Below, in pieces: positions 21,446 to 31,572 of a stretch of DNA of 64,000 nucleotides. Position 1 is the stretch's first letter. The number at the start of each line of letters is the position of its first letter. A model generated the notes under the pieces. The model was not told the DNA's origin, did no database searches, and saw only the letters and a program-made list of their open reading frames with translations. The translations under genes and the position numbers were made by a program. The stretch lies in sequence record SRR20825019_2198; one strand, written 5' to 3'.

Positions 21446-22159
21446 CTATTGGGTCTTGCCCATTTGCGCCAGCGCACGACCGTAAAGGTCGGTCATATGC
21501 TCGAGGATAGTAGCAAAATCATTTGACCGGCACTTGCCGCCGGAGAGCACATCAATGCGCCCCGTTTGCGCAAGCGAAAGCGAGATTGAGCCAGACATCA
21601 TATGGTAAAACCAGTAGAAATCAGCGTCGGTCAGGTCAGGCCTTACCCTGTGCATCATCTTCACAAGGCGGTGCACCACACCGTCAAACGGCGTTTCCCC
21701 AATCTCCAGATCAGGGCTTGAGACAGTGCTATTCAGCTTGGCAACCAGTGCGCCATAATTCAGGTGCCCCGGTTCCCCCCGGATCATAAATTCAAATGTG
21801 GGTTTCAGGTAGGCGCTCACCAGCCCAACAGCGGTATACTCACCACCACATTCAGCTTCATAAGCATCAAGCGACGCCATGCGGCTATTGTTCACCATGT
21901 CCGCACGGCGGTCGATCACTGCGCGGAAAAGCGCGTCCTTGGTGCCAAAATAATAGTGCAGCAGTGACGTATCTGTGCCCGACGCCTTCGCGATCTCACG
22001 CAGCGTAACACCGTGAAATCCGCGCTGGGCAAACAGCTCCTCTGCTGCATCCAATATGCTTTCGCACGATTCCTCGCGCCGATCTGATTGCTTGCGGCGG
22101 CGCTGGCGCGGTTTCTTTATGTCTTTGTTTTCCGTCACGTGACCCATTGCGTCTGGCAT
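21446..22159 (-). CDS. TetR-family regulator
   Basis: ILDAAEELFAQRGFHGVTLREIA...LLHYYFGTKDALF. Start uncertain. Confidence 0.93.
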   Translation of the reverse strand: MPDAMGHVTENKDIKKPRQRRRKQSDRREESCESILDAAEELFAQRGFHGVTLREIAKASGTDTSLLHYYFGTKDALFRAVIDRRADMVNNSRMASLDAYEAECGGEYTAVGLVSAYLKPTFEFMIRGEPGHLNYGALVAKLNSTVSSPDLEIGETPFDGVVHRLVKMMHRVRPDLTDADFYWFYHMMSGSISLSLAQTGRIDVLSGGKCRSNDFATILEHMTDLYGRALAQMGKTQ

Positions 22160-22253
22160 ACGCTTCCCCACATACTGCTTGGCTGTGTACCGCTTCCCCT
22201 CGGCTCCTTTTATAAGGTGCGCAAAGCGCTGGCGGTTGGCAAGCCTTATCTAC

Positions 22254-22288
22254 ATTTATTTATTGGTCAACTAATAAATAAATTGACA
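22254..22288. promoter_or_regulatory. Inverted-repeat operator (likely TetR) abutting a TTGACA -35
   Basis: ATTTATTTATT-N8-AATAAATAAAT (22254-22283) and TTGACA at 22283-22288, between divergent tetR and TBDR. Confidence 0.65.
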
Positions 22289-22350
22289 ACAACAGCAAAC
22301 TCATTCATCTGAGAAGGTGGAAGATCACCGCCTTGGGAAGGGGAAAGTCG

Positions 22351-24699
22351 ATGAAGGTCAACGAATTTATCAAGCGGCAGCCGCTGCTTGTCGCCGCGAC
22401 ATCAATGATGGCGCTTATGGGCACCGGCGCGCCCGCCTTAGCGCAGGATCTGGCACAAACCAGTGCACAGGCTGATACGGTCTCTGACATCGATACGATT
22501 GTCGTAACCGCCCGGCGGCGCGATGAAAGCCTGATGGAAGTGCCCATCGCCGTGTCCACCCAAAGTGCAGAGCAGCTTGACCTCAGGGGCGCGGCAGACA
22601 TTACGGCGCTTCAGCGCACCACGCCAAACCTCACGCTGCAGGTTTCACGTGGCACCAACTCAACGCTCACCACCTTCATCCGCGGTATCGGCCAGCAAGA
22701 CCCGCTGTGGGGCTTTGAACCCGGCGTTGGCCTTTATGTGGACGATGTGTATATCGCCCGCCCGCAAGGCGCGATCCTTGATATTCTGGACATTGAGCGC
22801 ATTGAGGTCCTTCGTGGGCCGCAAGGCACACTTTATGGCCGCAACACTATTGGTGGCGCGGTTAAATATGTCACCGCCAAAATGAAGGGCGAGCCTACTT
22901 TCCGCGCGCGCGCCAACCTTGGCAGCTATGGCCAGCATGACTTTATTTTCGCGGGCTCCGTACCGCTCAGCGACACACTTTCAGTGGGTGGTGCATTCGG
23001 GCTTTATAACCGCAACGGGTACGGCGAAAACCTCTACACAGGCGCAGACACCAACAACAAGGACGCCTGGTCAGGCCGCCTGAGCGTTGAGTTCAGCCCC
23101 ACGCCGGACCTGTTTTTCCGTGCGTCTGCTGACCGCACAGTTGACACCTCAAACGCCAACCACGGCCACCGGGAGGCGGCATTGCCAGCAGCATATGCCG
23201 CACCACCCATCACCGACCCTTTCGGCTTTGATGTGCCTGCAGGTGCCTTTCCGGTGCAGGAAGGGGTTTATGACACATGGGCCGGGCTGGGTGACTACAA
23301 CAAGGTTGTGACCGAAGGCATCTCTTTCCTCGCGGAATGGACCGTGAGTGAGACGCTCACCCTCAAATCCATCAGCGCCTACCGAGACGGTGTAACCACC
23401 ACAGAAGGTATCGATTTTGATGGCACACCTGCCCCCATTCTTGATATCGCCGCGCCCGACACGGTGTATGACGACAACCAGTTCTCGCAGGAATTCCAAG
23501 CGCTATTGAGCTTTGGCGGCGTCAATGGTCTTGTGGGTGCCTATTATCTCGATGCTTCCGCCAGCGGGGGCTATGACACCATCATCGGGCTTGGCGCATC
23601 TGCCATCCCCGGTGCGCCAACACCAAACCTGACGCAAGGCACAAGCGGCACGGTGGATACCAAATCCTATGCCCTGTTTGCTGACTTTGACGTGGATATC
23701 ACAGACAGGTTGAGCCTTTCCGTTGGTGGCCGCTGGACAAGGGACGAGAAAACCGGCGTTGTGTTCAAGGCCAACTACCTTGGCCTCGGCAGCCCGCTTT
23801 CTGGCGGCAATGGCATCCAGATCCAACTGCTGACCGACTATACCAACTCGCTTGTATTTGAAGAGTTCACACCACGCGCCAGCCTTTCATATGCGCTGAC
23901 GGATGAGATGAATGTTTACGCTGCCTACAGCCGTGGCTTCAAATCTGGCGGGTTTGACATGCGCGGGGACGCCGTGGCCACACCAGACACGGTGAACGGC
24001 TATGAGCCTGAAACGGTAGACTCGTATGAACTGGGCCTCAAAGGCGCATTTTTTGAAAACCGCCTCACGCTCGCAAGCGCTGTGTTCTACGCGTCCTATA
24101 ACGGGCAGCAGGTGACAAGCCAGCAGGTGAACGCAACCGGTTCTGGCGTTGTAAGTTTCATCGACAATGTGGGCAGCTCCACCATCAAGGGCCTTGAGGT
24201 TGAAGGCACCGCGCGCTTCACCGATGCCCTGAGCGCTGACTTTGGCCTTGGGTATATTGATGCCCAGTTTGATGAATATCTGGCCTATGCGCCAAACCCT
24301 TCCGCGCCACCCGCTTATGTCATCACCGATGTGGCAGACAGCCGCCAGTTCCAGAACACACCAAAGTGGAACGGTAATTTTGCGCTGAACTACCGCTATG
24401 ACCTAGGTGATAACGGCAGCATCAACCTGCGCGGTGGCATGTCCTTCCGCAGCTTGTCATCCATGTTTGAAACACCCGCGCCTGAGATCGATCAGGAAGC
24501 TTATCAGCTTTATGATGTGAGTGTTGTGTGGACATCGGCTGACGACAGCTGGCGCCTTGGCGTGCATGGCCGCAACCTGGGCAACGAGAAATACCGCACC
24601 GGCGGGTATTATTTCCCCGGCCTTGCGTTTGGCGATTCGATCATCGGCTTTTACGGCCCGCCGCGCACCATCACCGCCTCTCTTGAATATCGCTTCTAA
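22351..24699 (+). CDS. TonB-dependent receptor
   Basis: DTIVVTARRRDESL, IEVLRGPQGTLYGRNTIGG, C-terminal LEYRF. Confidence 0.95.
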   Translation: MKVNEFIKRQPLLVAATSMMALMGTGAPALAQDLAQTSAQADTVSDIDTIVVTARRRDESLMEVPIAVSTQSAEQLDLRGAADITALQRTTPNLTLQVSRGTNSTLTTFIRGIGQQDPLWGFEPGVGLYVDDVYIARPQGAILDILDIERIEVLRGPQGTLYGRNTIGGAVKYVTAKMKGEPTFRARANLGSYGQHDFIFAGSVPLSDTLSVGGAFGLYNRNGYGENLYTGADTNNKDAWSGRLSVEFSPTPDLFFRASADRTVDTSNANHGHREAALPAAYAAPPITDPFGFDVPAGAFPVQEGVYDTWAGLGDYNKVVTEGISFLAEWTVSETLTLKSISAYRDGVTTTEGIDFDGTPAPILDIAAPDTVYDDNQFSQEFQALLSFGGVNGLVGAYYLDASASGGYDTIIGLGASAIPGAPTPNLTQGTSGTVDTKSYALFADFDVDITDRLSLSVGGRWTRDEKTGVVFKANYLGLGSPLSGGNGIQIQLLTDYTNSLVFEEFTPRASLSYALTDEMNVYAAYSRGFKSGGFDMRGDAVATPDTVNGYEPETVDSYELGLKGAFFENRLTLASAVFYASYNGQQVTSQQVNATGSGVVSFIDNVGSSTIKGLEVEGTARFTDALSADFGLGYIDAQFDEYLAYAPNPSAPPAYVITDVADSRQFQNTPKWNGNFALNYRYDLGDNGSINLRGGMSFRSLSSMFETPAPEIDQEAYQLYDVSVVWTSADDSWRLGVHGRNLGNEKYRTGGYYFPGLAFGDSIIGFYGPPRTITASLEYRF

Positions 24700-24749
24700 A
24701 AACAAGGGCGCCTGAAATTCATCGGGCACCCTGTAACTCTGGACGTTAT

Positions 24750-25631
24750 ATGAGCACTCAAGCTGATTTCACTGCCCTTCGCTGGCAATCCCATGACGGG
24801 CTGACGCTTGAAGCGCGGGACTATGCACCAGCCACACCAAGCGCTGAGGCCCCTATTATGTGCATTCCCGGCCTCACCCGCTCCGCGCGGGATTTTGACG
24901 AGGTGGCACCCTGGCTCGCAAAAAACGGGCGACGGGTGATTGTGGTAAACCTCAGGGGGCGCGGGCCATCGGCCTATGACCCCACCGGCCGCAGCTACAA
25001 ACCCGCCACTTATGTGCGCGACATGCAGGCGCTTCTGGCCGACCAAAAGCTTGAAGCTGTGCACATCATTGGCACTTCCCTTGGCGGCCTTGTGGCCATG
25101 GGCATGGCTGCATCGAACATTCGGCAAGTGGCAAGCGTCGTGCTTAATGATATCGGGCCTGCGGTAGACCCGGCGGGGCTAAAGCGCATCGCGTCATATG
25201 CCGGTAAAACACCGCCTGTTGCCACATGGGCCGACGCAGTGGCCTACGCCAAATTTACCGGCGAAGCAGCCTTCCCTGATTTCTCGGACAAAGACTGGAA
25301 GAGGCTCGCTAAACGCACCTTCAGGGTGGGTGATGACGGCGCACCGGCTTTTGACTATGACCCAAAGATATTCAAACCAGCCCCCGCCTTTGCCATCAAG
25401 CTGGCCTCATTCCTATTGTGGCGCAGGTTCAAGCATATGGCCCGTAAACGCCCCACCCTTGTGCTCCGGGGCGCGATCTCGGATGTGTTATCCAATGAGA
25501 CGGTCCAGCAGATGCATAAAGCGGCGCCAAGACTGGCCTCCAAGGAGATCCCCCATGTCGGCCACGCGCCAACGCTGGATGAAGCTGAAAGCCGGAAAAT
25601 CCTTTCCGCCTTTTTCTCTCTCACTCCCTAG
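24750..25631 (+). CDS. Alpha/beta-fold hydrolase
   Basis: PGLTR, GTSLGG nucleophile elbow, LNDIGP, GHAP. Confidence 0.9.
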   Translation: MSTQADFTALRWQSHDGLTLEARDYAPATPSAEAPIMCIPGLTRSARDFDEVAPWLAKNGRRVIVVNLRGRGPSAYDPTGRSYKPATYVRDMQALLADQKLEAVHIIGTSLGGLVAMGMAASNIRQVASVVLNDIGPAVDPAGLKRIASYAGKTPPVATWADAVAYAKFTGEAAFPDFSDKDWKRLAKRTFRVGDDGAPAFDYDPKIFKPAPAFAIKLASFLLWRRFKHMARKRPTLVLRGAISDVLSNETVQQMHKAAPRLASKEIPHVGHAPTLDEAESRKILSAFFSLTP

Positions 25632-25638
25632 GGCTGGT

Positions 25639-26556
25639 CTATTGGCTACTCTTTAAAGCTTGATTTGCCAGAATGGCCGCGCCGCGGCTGCCGCTTGCGT
25701 CGCCAAATTTCGCACGGCGGATGATGGGTGACTTTGCATTATTGAAAAGATGTTCCTCTATCGCGCCTGACAGGCGTTCGGGTATGCCGTCAATCAGCGA
25801 CACACCGCCGCCAAGCACAATGATATCCGGGTCGTGCAAAAGCACGAGGGTCGCAAAGGTTGAGCCCAGAATGTCGAGATAAACATCAAAGGTTTTCTCA
25901 GCCACTCCGTCACCTGCGCGCCACGCGCTCGCGAGCGTTGGCGCATCCGCAAAACTACCGCCAAAATACTGCTGCAGGAACATAAGGCCGGGGCCTGAGA
26001 TATACCCCTCAACACAGCTTGGCAGCCCGCACCCGCACTGCCTGAGCGGCAGGTCGTACCGCTGCTGCATCAGGGCAGGCAGTGGAATATGGCCATATTC
26101 ACCCGCGATGCCTTGCCGCCCCGCCTCCAAAACACCATCAACCACAAAGCCGCCTGCGGCCCCGGTGCCAAGCACAGCACCATAAACATTGCGAAAGCCT
26201 TCGCCTGCACCGCCTGTGGCCTCAGAAAGTGCAAAACAGCGACAGTCGTTCCCGATAGTGACCTTGCGGCCAATGCGGGCGCTGAGGTCGCGCCGTACGT
26301 TGCGGCCATTGGCAGCGGGGATATTTGAGCTAAGTGAGCGGCCCTCCGCGTCAATAAGACCAGGGATACCGAGGCCCACTGTGCCCTCAACCCCGAACTT
26401 GGCGTCAGCTTCACCTATAAGGTTCGCCAGTGTTTCAATGAAGGCATCATAGCTTTCCGTTGGTGTTGCTGTGCGCCACCGGTCCACAGCATTGAGATCA
26501 TCTGCGTAAACCGCGATCTCAATTTTTGTGCCCCCAACATCAATGCCGTAGATCAT
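25639..26556 (-). CDS. agaK: ROK-family sugar kinase (GalNAc kinase by context; NagK-like)
   Basis: GIDVGGTKI, GNDCRCFALSEA, GEYGH, CGCG Zn motif; located in the aga operon. Confidence 0.8.
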   Translation of the reverse strand: MIYGIDVGGTKIEIAVYADDLNAVDRWRTATPTESYDAFIETLANLIGEADAKFGVEGTVGLGIPGLIDAEGRSLSSNIPAANGRNVRRDLSARIGRKVTIGNDCRCFALSEATGGAGEGFRNVYGAVLGTGAAGGFVVDGVLEAGRQGIAGEYGHIPLPALMQQRYDLPLRQCGCGLPSCVEGYISGPGLMFLQQYFGGSFADAPTLASAWRAGDGVAEKTFDVYLDILGSTFATLVLLHDPDIIVLGGGVSLIDGIPERLSGAIEEHLFNNAKSPIIRRAKFGDASGSRGAAILANQALKSSQ

Positions 26557-26559
26557 GCC

Positions 26560-27681
26560 CTATCCTTCAAAGTCGTATATTGCCACACCCTGCACCACCC
26601 GGTTTACCTCACCGCTTGGGCAGGGGTTATCTGGTGTCACACCATGCGCGAGCGCGGTGTAAAATGCCAGCAATTGACAGAAAACGATATAAGGCAGCCC
26701 GAGCCAGATATCTTCAAGCCCGGTTTGCTGCACGGCGGGCAGCTCGGACAGGTCCCTCAGCGCCTTGAACTGGTTATCGCGCCTGAGCTCATCGATCAGA
26801 TCATTATCATATTTGCGGGTATAAGCGTGGCTGCTCGGCAGTACCACCACGGCAGTGGTATCGTCCACCATCGACTTGGGGCCATGCCTGAAACCAAGCG
26901 GGCTTTCCGCATAGCAGTCAACACCGCCAGCGCTCAGCTCAAGCATCTTGAGCGCCGCTTCTGTTGCCACACCCATGAGGCAACCACTGCCAAGGTAAGC
27001 AATGCGCTTGAAGCCCGAGCCCGCAAGCGCACGGATATCATCCAGCTCGTGCAGGAGCAAAGCTTCGGTCACGTTTGAGGCGCTTTCAAGCTGAGTGCCA
27101 CAGCCGGTAAATACACACAGCGTTGCCACAAGCATGGAGGTGTAGCTGCTGGTCATGGCGAAGCTTTGGTCCAGCGTGGCCTCAGGCATCAACAGGCAAT
27201 AGCTGTTCTTGGCTTGCTCAGCCGCTTTCGCAAGCTCACCGTCCTTGTTGCACACGATCACAAGGTGGAAGCAGTTTTCAACAATCTGGTCAGCCAGTTG
27301 ATACGCGCCCACACTTTCCGGGCTGTTGCCTGAGCGCGCATAAGAGATGAGAAGCGTGGGTTTATCCCGCAGCAACCATCCGTCCGGGTTCGCGACAATA
27401 TCGGTGGTGCTGATATCCTCTACCCGGCGCGAGAGTGTTTTGCTGAGGTGCGGCGCAAGTGCTTTGCCCACATAAGCCGACGTGCCTGCGCCGGTGAGGA
27501 TGATGCGCAAGCCTTCATGCGCCAGCACACCATCAAGCCAGGCGTCAAGCGCGGTACGGTTGGCCGCGATATCCTTGCACACCTGCTGCCAGGCGTCTGG
27601 TTGCTGGGCAATCTCACGCGCGGTCCAATATGCGCCGTTCGCACGCAATGTCTCTTCAGTGATGTTTAGAAATTCAGTCAT
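26560..27681 (-). CDS. agaS: SIS-domain galactosamine-6-phosphate deaminase/isomerase
   Basis: TAREIAQQP, GAGTSAYVG, ARSGNSPES, FAMTSS, GFRHGPKS, PDNPCPSGEVNRVVQGV. Confidence 0.92.
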   Translation of the reverse strand: MTEFLNITEETLRANGAYWTAREIAQQPDAWQQVCKDIAANRTALDAWLDGVLAHEGLRIILTGAGTSAYVGKALAPHLSKTLSRRVEDISTTDIVANPDGWLLRDKPTLLISYARSGNSPESVGAYQLADQIVENCFHLVIVCNKDGELAKAAEQAKNSYCLLMPEATLDQSFAMTSSYTSMLVATLCVFTGCGTQLESASNVTEALLLHELDDIRALAGSGFKRIAYLGSGCLMGVATEAALKMLELSAGGVDCYAESPLGFRHGPKSMVDDTTAVVVLPSSHAYTRKYDNDLIDELRRDNQFKALRDLSELPAVQQTGLEDIWLGLPYIVFCQLLAFYTALAHGVTPDNPCPSGEVNRVVQGVAIYDFEG

Positions 27682-28990
27682 AAACGGGTGTTTTTCTTTC
27701 TGGCCAGGCGTGCTCAAGGCCGCACGCTTCGGCATATGTTGCTGTCACCTGCCTGATTTTGGCTTTCACCAATTCCTTTGCCTTCAGCTCCAGCCGCCCG
27801 GCTCTCACCTCCCCATACTCAAGGGGCATAAACTGGCTGATGAGCGGCAGCGGAATGGTGGTGGCATCCAAATTGGTAAACAGCTTTTCCACCGCCTCAG
27901 CCACATCACTTTGCGGCCAATAGTAGCGGATACGGTCGCTATAGCTATAGCGGCGATAAAGCGCCTGCCGCTCCGGTGTGCCTTCATAAAAGCGCTGCCA
28001 GTTCTTCGGCTCGCGCAGCATGGCCGCCTCGCACACGTCACGCAGGTTTGAGCGAGTGCCCGCGGGGATGATGGCGTCCTCAATATAGCTCAAGGCAAAC
28101 AAGGCTTCCCTCAGCGCAAAGGTAAGCTGTGGCCCCACCTTCAAAATCGCAAAATGATCGCGCACCAGCGCCTTATAACTCTCCGGCGCCTGATAATCGG
28201 TGGAATGCGCTTCAAACACCACATTGTCCACCGTATCAATCAGGCCCTTGAGGGCGGTCGCCGCCTCCGGCACATAATCAATGACGGCAGTGTGATCAAA
28301 TTCAACACCCGGCTGGACGACAAGCCCGACCACACGGGTCCAGACCGATGGGAGGCCCGCCGCCTCAAACGCCTTCTTATGGGCTTCAAGCGTGAGACGT
28401 GCGCGGTCTGGGGGGGTGACCTCGATGGTTGTGATCTCCTCATCCGCCCCGCCGGGTGGCGGCACTTCCGTGCCAATAATGTAGACGATATCGCTATCGC
28501 CAAACTTTGATTTTGCGGTGCTCTCCGCCACAGCGCACAGCCGTGCGGCCCGGTTCGCGATCACGGCATCCGAAAGCGGAACCTCATCACCCGCGCAGGG
28601 CATGGAGCAGTCCAGATGGATCTTCTTGAACCCCGCTGCCACATAGGCTGCGATCAGCGCTTCTGACTTTGCCATGGCCGCATCCGCGCCCTCAGCCTGC
28701 CAGCACACCGGGCCAAGATGGTCCCCGCCCAGCATCACGCGGTTCATGGGGAAGTTTTTTGACGCTGCGATGCGCGCAACAAAGGCAACAAAATCGGCCG
28801 GTTTCATGCCGGTATAACCGCCAAACTGGTTTACCTGATTGGCCGTGGCTTCAATCAACACGGGCGTGCCATCAGCCATCGCCTGCTCGATCGCGGCTTC
28901 AATCACCAGCGGATGCGCGGAGCAAATGGAATAGATGCCCTTAGGCTCCCCCCGCCTGTTCGCCGCAACGATGTCTCTTATTGCCTGCAT
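27674..28990 (-). CDS. agaZ: AgaZ/KbaZ/GatZ family protein (tagatose-6-phosphate pathway)
   Basis: SICSAHPLV, EATANQVNQFGGYTGM, GGDHLGP, GTEVPPPGG, FEAHSTDYQ, YSYSDRIRYYW. Confidence 0.93.
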   Translation of the reverse strand: MQAIRDIVAANRRGEPKGIYSICSAHPLVIEAAIEQAMADGTPVLIEATANQVNQFGGYTGMKPADFVAFVARIAASKNFPMNRVMLGGDHLGPVCWQAEGADAAMAKSEALIAAYVAAGFKKIHLDCSMPCAGDEVPLSDAVIANRAARLCAVAESTAKSKFGDSDIVYIIGTEVPPPGGADEEITTIEVTPPDRARLTLEAHKKAFEAAGLPSVWTRVVGLVVQPGVEFDHTAVIDYVPEAATALKGLIDTVDNVVFEAHSTDYQAPESYKALVRDHFAILKVGPQLTFALREALFALSYIEDAIIPAGTRSNLRDVCEAAMLREPKNWQRFYEGTPERQALYRRYSYSDRIRYYWPQSDVAEAVEKLFTNLDATTIPLPLISQFMPLEYGEVRAGRLELKAKELVKAKIRQVTATYAEACGLEHAWPERKTPVYD

Positions 28991-29039
28991 GTCGTAATCC
29001 TTGAATTTATGGTGCGGCTGGTGGCTTCTCGCTGCGCGG

Positions 29040-29807
29040 TTAATCTGCCGCGATGATGATGCGTACACCTGCTTTCTCTAGCGACTGGGCGAACGCATCC
29101 GGTATGCCTGTGTCGGTGATCAGTATGTTGATATCGGGAAAGCTGCGGATTTTGTGTACGCCCGAGCAATTGAACTTGGACGAATCGGTCACCACGATGA
29201 TCTCTTTGGAGACCTCGCACATCAGCCGGTTCAAAATCGCCTCCGGCTCAAAATGCGTGGTCAGCCCGGCCTGGAAATCAAACCCGTCAACACCCAGAAA
29301 TACCTTATCGAAGTGATAGCGCAGCAAGCTTTCTTCCGCCTGCCGCCCGTAAAATGACTGTGACTTTTTACGGAGCGTGCCGCCGGTCATCAGCACTTCA
29401 ACGCCCGCATGGTTCATCAGGTTTTGCGCCACGTTGAGGCCGTTGGTCATGACCACCAGACGCTTGAAAGCCTGAAGCGAGTTTGCGATCTCTGCTGTGG
29501 TGGTACCCGAATCCAGAAGGATAGCCTCACCCTCTTTGATCAGCTCACACGCCTTGCGGGCAAGGCCGCGCTTGGCATTCAGATGCTTTGAGTGTTTCTC
29601 ATCGATCGACAGTTCCTGCGTGAGGCGGTTGCTGGCCACAGCGCCGCCACGGGCACGCACCAGAAGGCCCTTCTCATCCAGAATGTTGAGGTCAGCCCGG
29701 ATCGTAACGTCAGAAACTCCATATTTGCGGGCAAGATCAGGCACCTGCACTTTGCCTTTCTTGAGGGCCACCTGCACAATGTCGTGCCGTCTTTCGATCG
29801 TATTCAT
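29040..29807 (-). CDS. agaR: DeoR-family repressor of the aga regulon
   Basis: MNTIERRH, VSDVTIRADL, LDSGTTT, VMTNGLN; heads the aga operon. Confidence 0.9.
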   Translation of the reverse strand: MNTIERRHDIVQVALKKGKVQVPDLARKYGVSDVTIRADLNILDEKGLLVRARGGAVASNRLTQELSIDEKHSKHLNAKRGLARKACELIKEGEAILLDSGTTTAEIANSLQAFKRLVVMTNGLNVAQNLMNHAGVEVLMTGGTLRKKSQSFYGRQAEESLLRYHFDKVFLGVDGFDFQAGLTTHFEPEAILNRLMCEVSKEIIVVTDSSKFNCSGVHKIRSFPDINILITDTGIPDAFAQSLEKAGVRIIIAAD

Positions 29808-29808
29808 G

Positions 29809-30050
29809 CTTTCGATTCCCAACCAATGTCTTTCGCATTTTTGTATGAGGTAATTTTCGAAAGCTTTCAATCCAAAAAAAATTTACACCACCTTTCAAAA
29901 CTTCAACATTATGAATTTAAATATTTTTTTGTGCGTATTTTTTTGACAATCCCGATTTTCGCCGTTTTATTCGAAAGCTTTCGAAAGTTTTTTTGCTTGT
30001 TTTTAGGATTTCATTGGCCTTTTCTTTATCGAAATTAAACAGTTTCGAAA
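29809..30050. promoter_or_regulatory. Divergent aga promoter region with multiple CTTTC/GAAAG AgaR-type boxes
   Basis: Perfect palindrome TTCGAAAGCTTTCGAA at 29970-29985 and a near copy at 29856-29870. CTTTCG at 29809 and 29830; TTGACA at 29943-29948. Confidence 0.78.
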
Positions 30051-30082
30051 TCACACGAAACATTTGAGATAAGGGTGAGGGA

Positions 30083-31480
30083 ATGGATCGTTTGAACCGC
30101 CGCAAGTTTTTGCAAACAGCGTCAGCGCTTGCCGCTACCGGCATGGTGGCCGCATGCGCGTCGGGTAATACGCCTACAGCGACGGCGCGCGCACCGAAGG
30201 GGCAGCAAAGCGTGATGGGCCTTGTTGTGCCCAACATGACCACCGTGCGGGTCGGCTTTATTGGTGTGGGTCAGCGCGGCAGCGGGCACGTACGCCACTT
30301 TTGCCATCTGGACGGCGTTGAGATCAAAGCCGTCTGTGACACACATCAAGCCGCTGTTGACCGGTCATTAAAAACAGTGGCGGACGCTGGCCTCACTACC
30401 CCCACAGCCTATAGCGCGCACGAATACGCGTACCGCGACATGCTCTCGCGTGATGATATCGACCTTGTGATCATCTCCACCCCGTGGCGCTGGCATACCC
30501 CCATGGCGGTAGATGCCATGAACAGTGGCAAACATGTGTTTGTTGAGGTTCCCGCCGCCACCACGGTTGAGGAAGCATGGCAGCTGGTTGATACGGCCGA
30601 GCGCACACAGAAAAACTGCATGATGGGCGAGAACGTCTGTTACGGGCGGGATGAACTGATGGCGCTAAACATGGTGCGTCAGGGCCTGTTTGGCGACCTG
30701 TTGCACGGCGAAGCAGCCTATATTCATGAACTGCGCTGGCAGATGAAAGAGGTTGAACACAGCACGGGCTCATGGCGCACGGGCTGGCACGCAAAGCGGA
30801 ACGCCAATCTTTACCCAACCCACGGCCTTGGCCCCATCGCGCAATATATGAATATCAACCGAGGTGACCGGTTCGATTACATGAATTCCATGAGCAGCCC
30901 GGCGCTTGGCCGCGCAGCCTATGCGGAACGCGAATTCCCTGCAGGCCACGAGCGTAACCAGCTCAAGTATATCGCGGGTGATATCAACACCAGCATCATC
31001 AAAACCAAACTTGGCCGCACCATCATGGTGCAGCACGATACCACCACCCCGCGCCCCTACACGCGCCATAACCTCATTCAGGGCACCAACGGTGTGTTCG
31101 CAGGTTTCCCCAACCGCATCGCCCTTGAGAATGGCGGCATGATGGACCCTGAGACAGGCAAACCAAAAAGCTACCACTCATGGGACCATGACATGGAGCC
31201 CTGGTACAAAAAGTTCGAGCACCCCTTGTGGGCACGTATGGGAGCGGAGGCCGAGAAAAACGGCGGCCACGGCGGCATGGACTTCCTGATGTTCTGGCGC
31301 CTCGTTTATTGCCTCAGAAACGGCGAACCACTTGACCAGGACGTTTATGACGCCGCCGCATGGTCTGTGGTGACCCCACTGTCGGAACAGTCGGTCAACG
31401 ACAGAGGAAACAGCAAAGATTTTCCTGACTTCACTCGCGGCATTTGGAAGACCGCCAAACCGCTAGGAATTGTCAGCTAA
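30083..31480 (+). CDS. agaO: GH109 NAD-dependent alpha-N-acetylgalactosaminidase (Gfo/Idh/MocA fold), Tat-exported
   Basis: NRRKFL Tat signal, [40 protein letters not shown]. Confidence 0.92.
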   Translation: MDRLNRRKFLQTASALAATGMVAACASGNTPTATARAPKGQQSVMGLVVPNMTTVRVGFIGVGQRGSGHVRHFCHLDGVEIKAVCDTHQAAVDRSLKTVADAGLTTPTAYSAHEYAYRDMLSRDDIDLVIISTPWRWHTPMAVDAMNSGKHVFVEVPAATTVEEAWQLVDTAERTQKNCMMGENVCYGRDELMALNMVRQGLFGDLLHGEAAYIHELRWQMKEVEHSTGSWRTGWHAKRNANLYPTHGLGPIAQYMNINRGDRFDYMNSMSSPALGRAAYAEREFPAGHERNQLKYIAGDINTSIIKTKLGRTIMVQHDTTTPRPYTRHNLIQGTNGVFAGFPNRIALENGGMMDPETGKPKSYHSWDHDMEPWYKKFEHPLWARMGAEAEKNGGHGGMDFLMFWRLVYCLRNGEPLDQDVYDAAAWSVVTPLSEQSVNDRGNSKDFPDFTRGIWKTAKPLGIVS

Positions 31481-31572
31481 AGAGCAACCACCCGTGGTCG
31501 AGTTGGAGACGACGGACGGGTGAAGTGCGCCCAAAATCCACCAAAATAGCCAAAAATAGGGAGAGGAATGAC

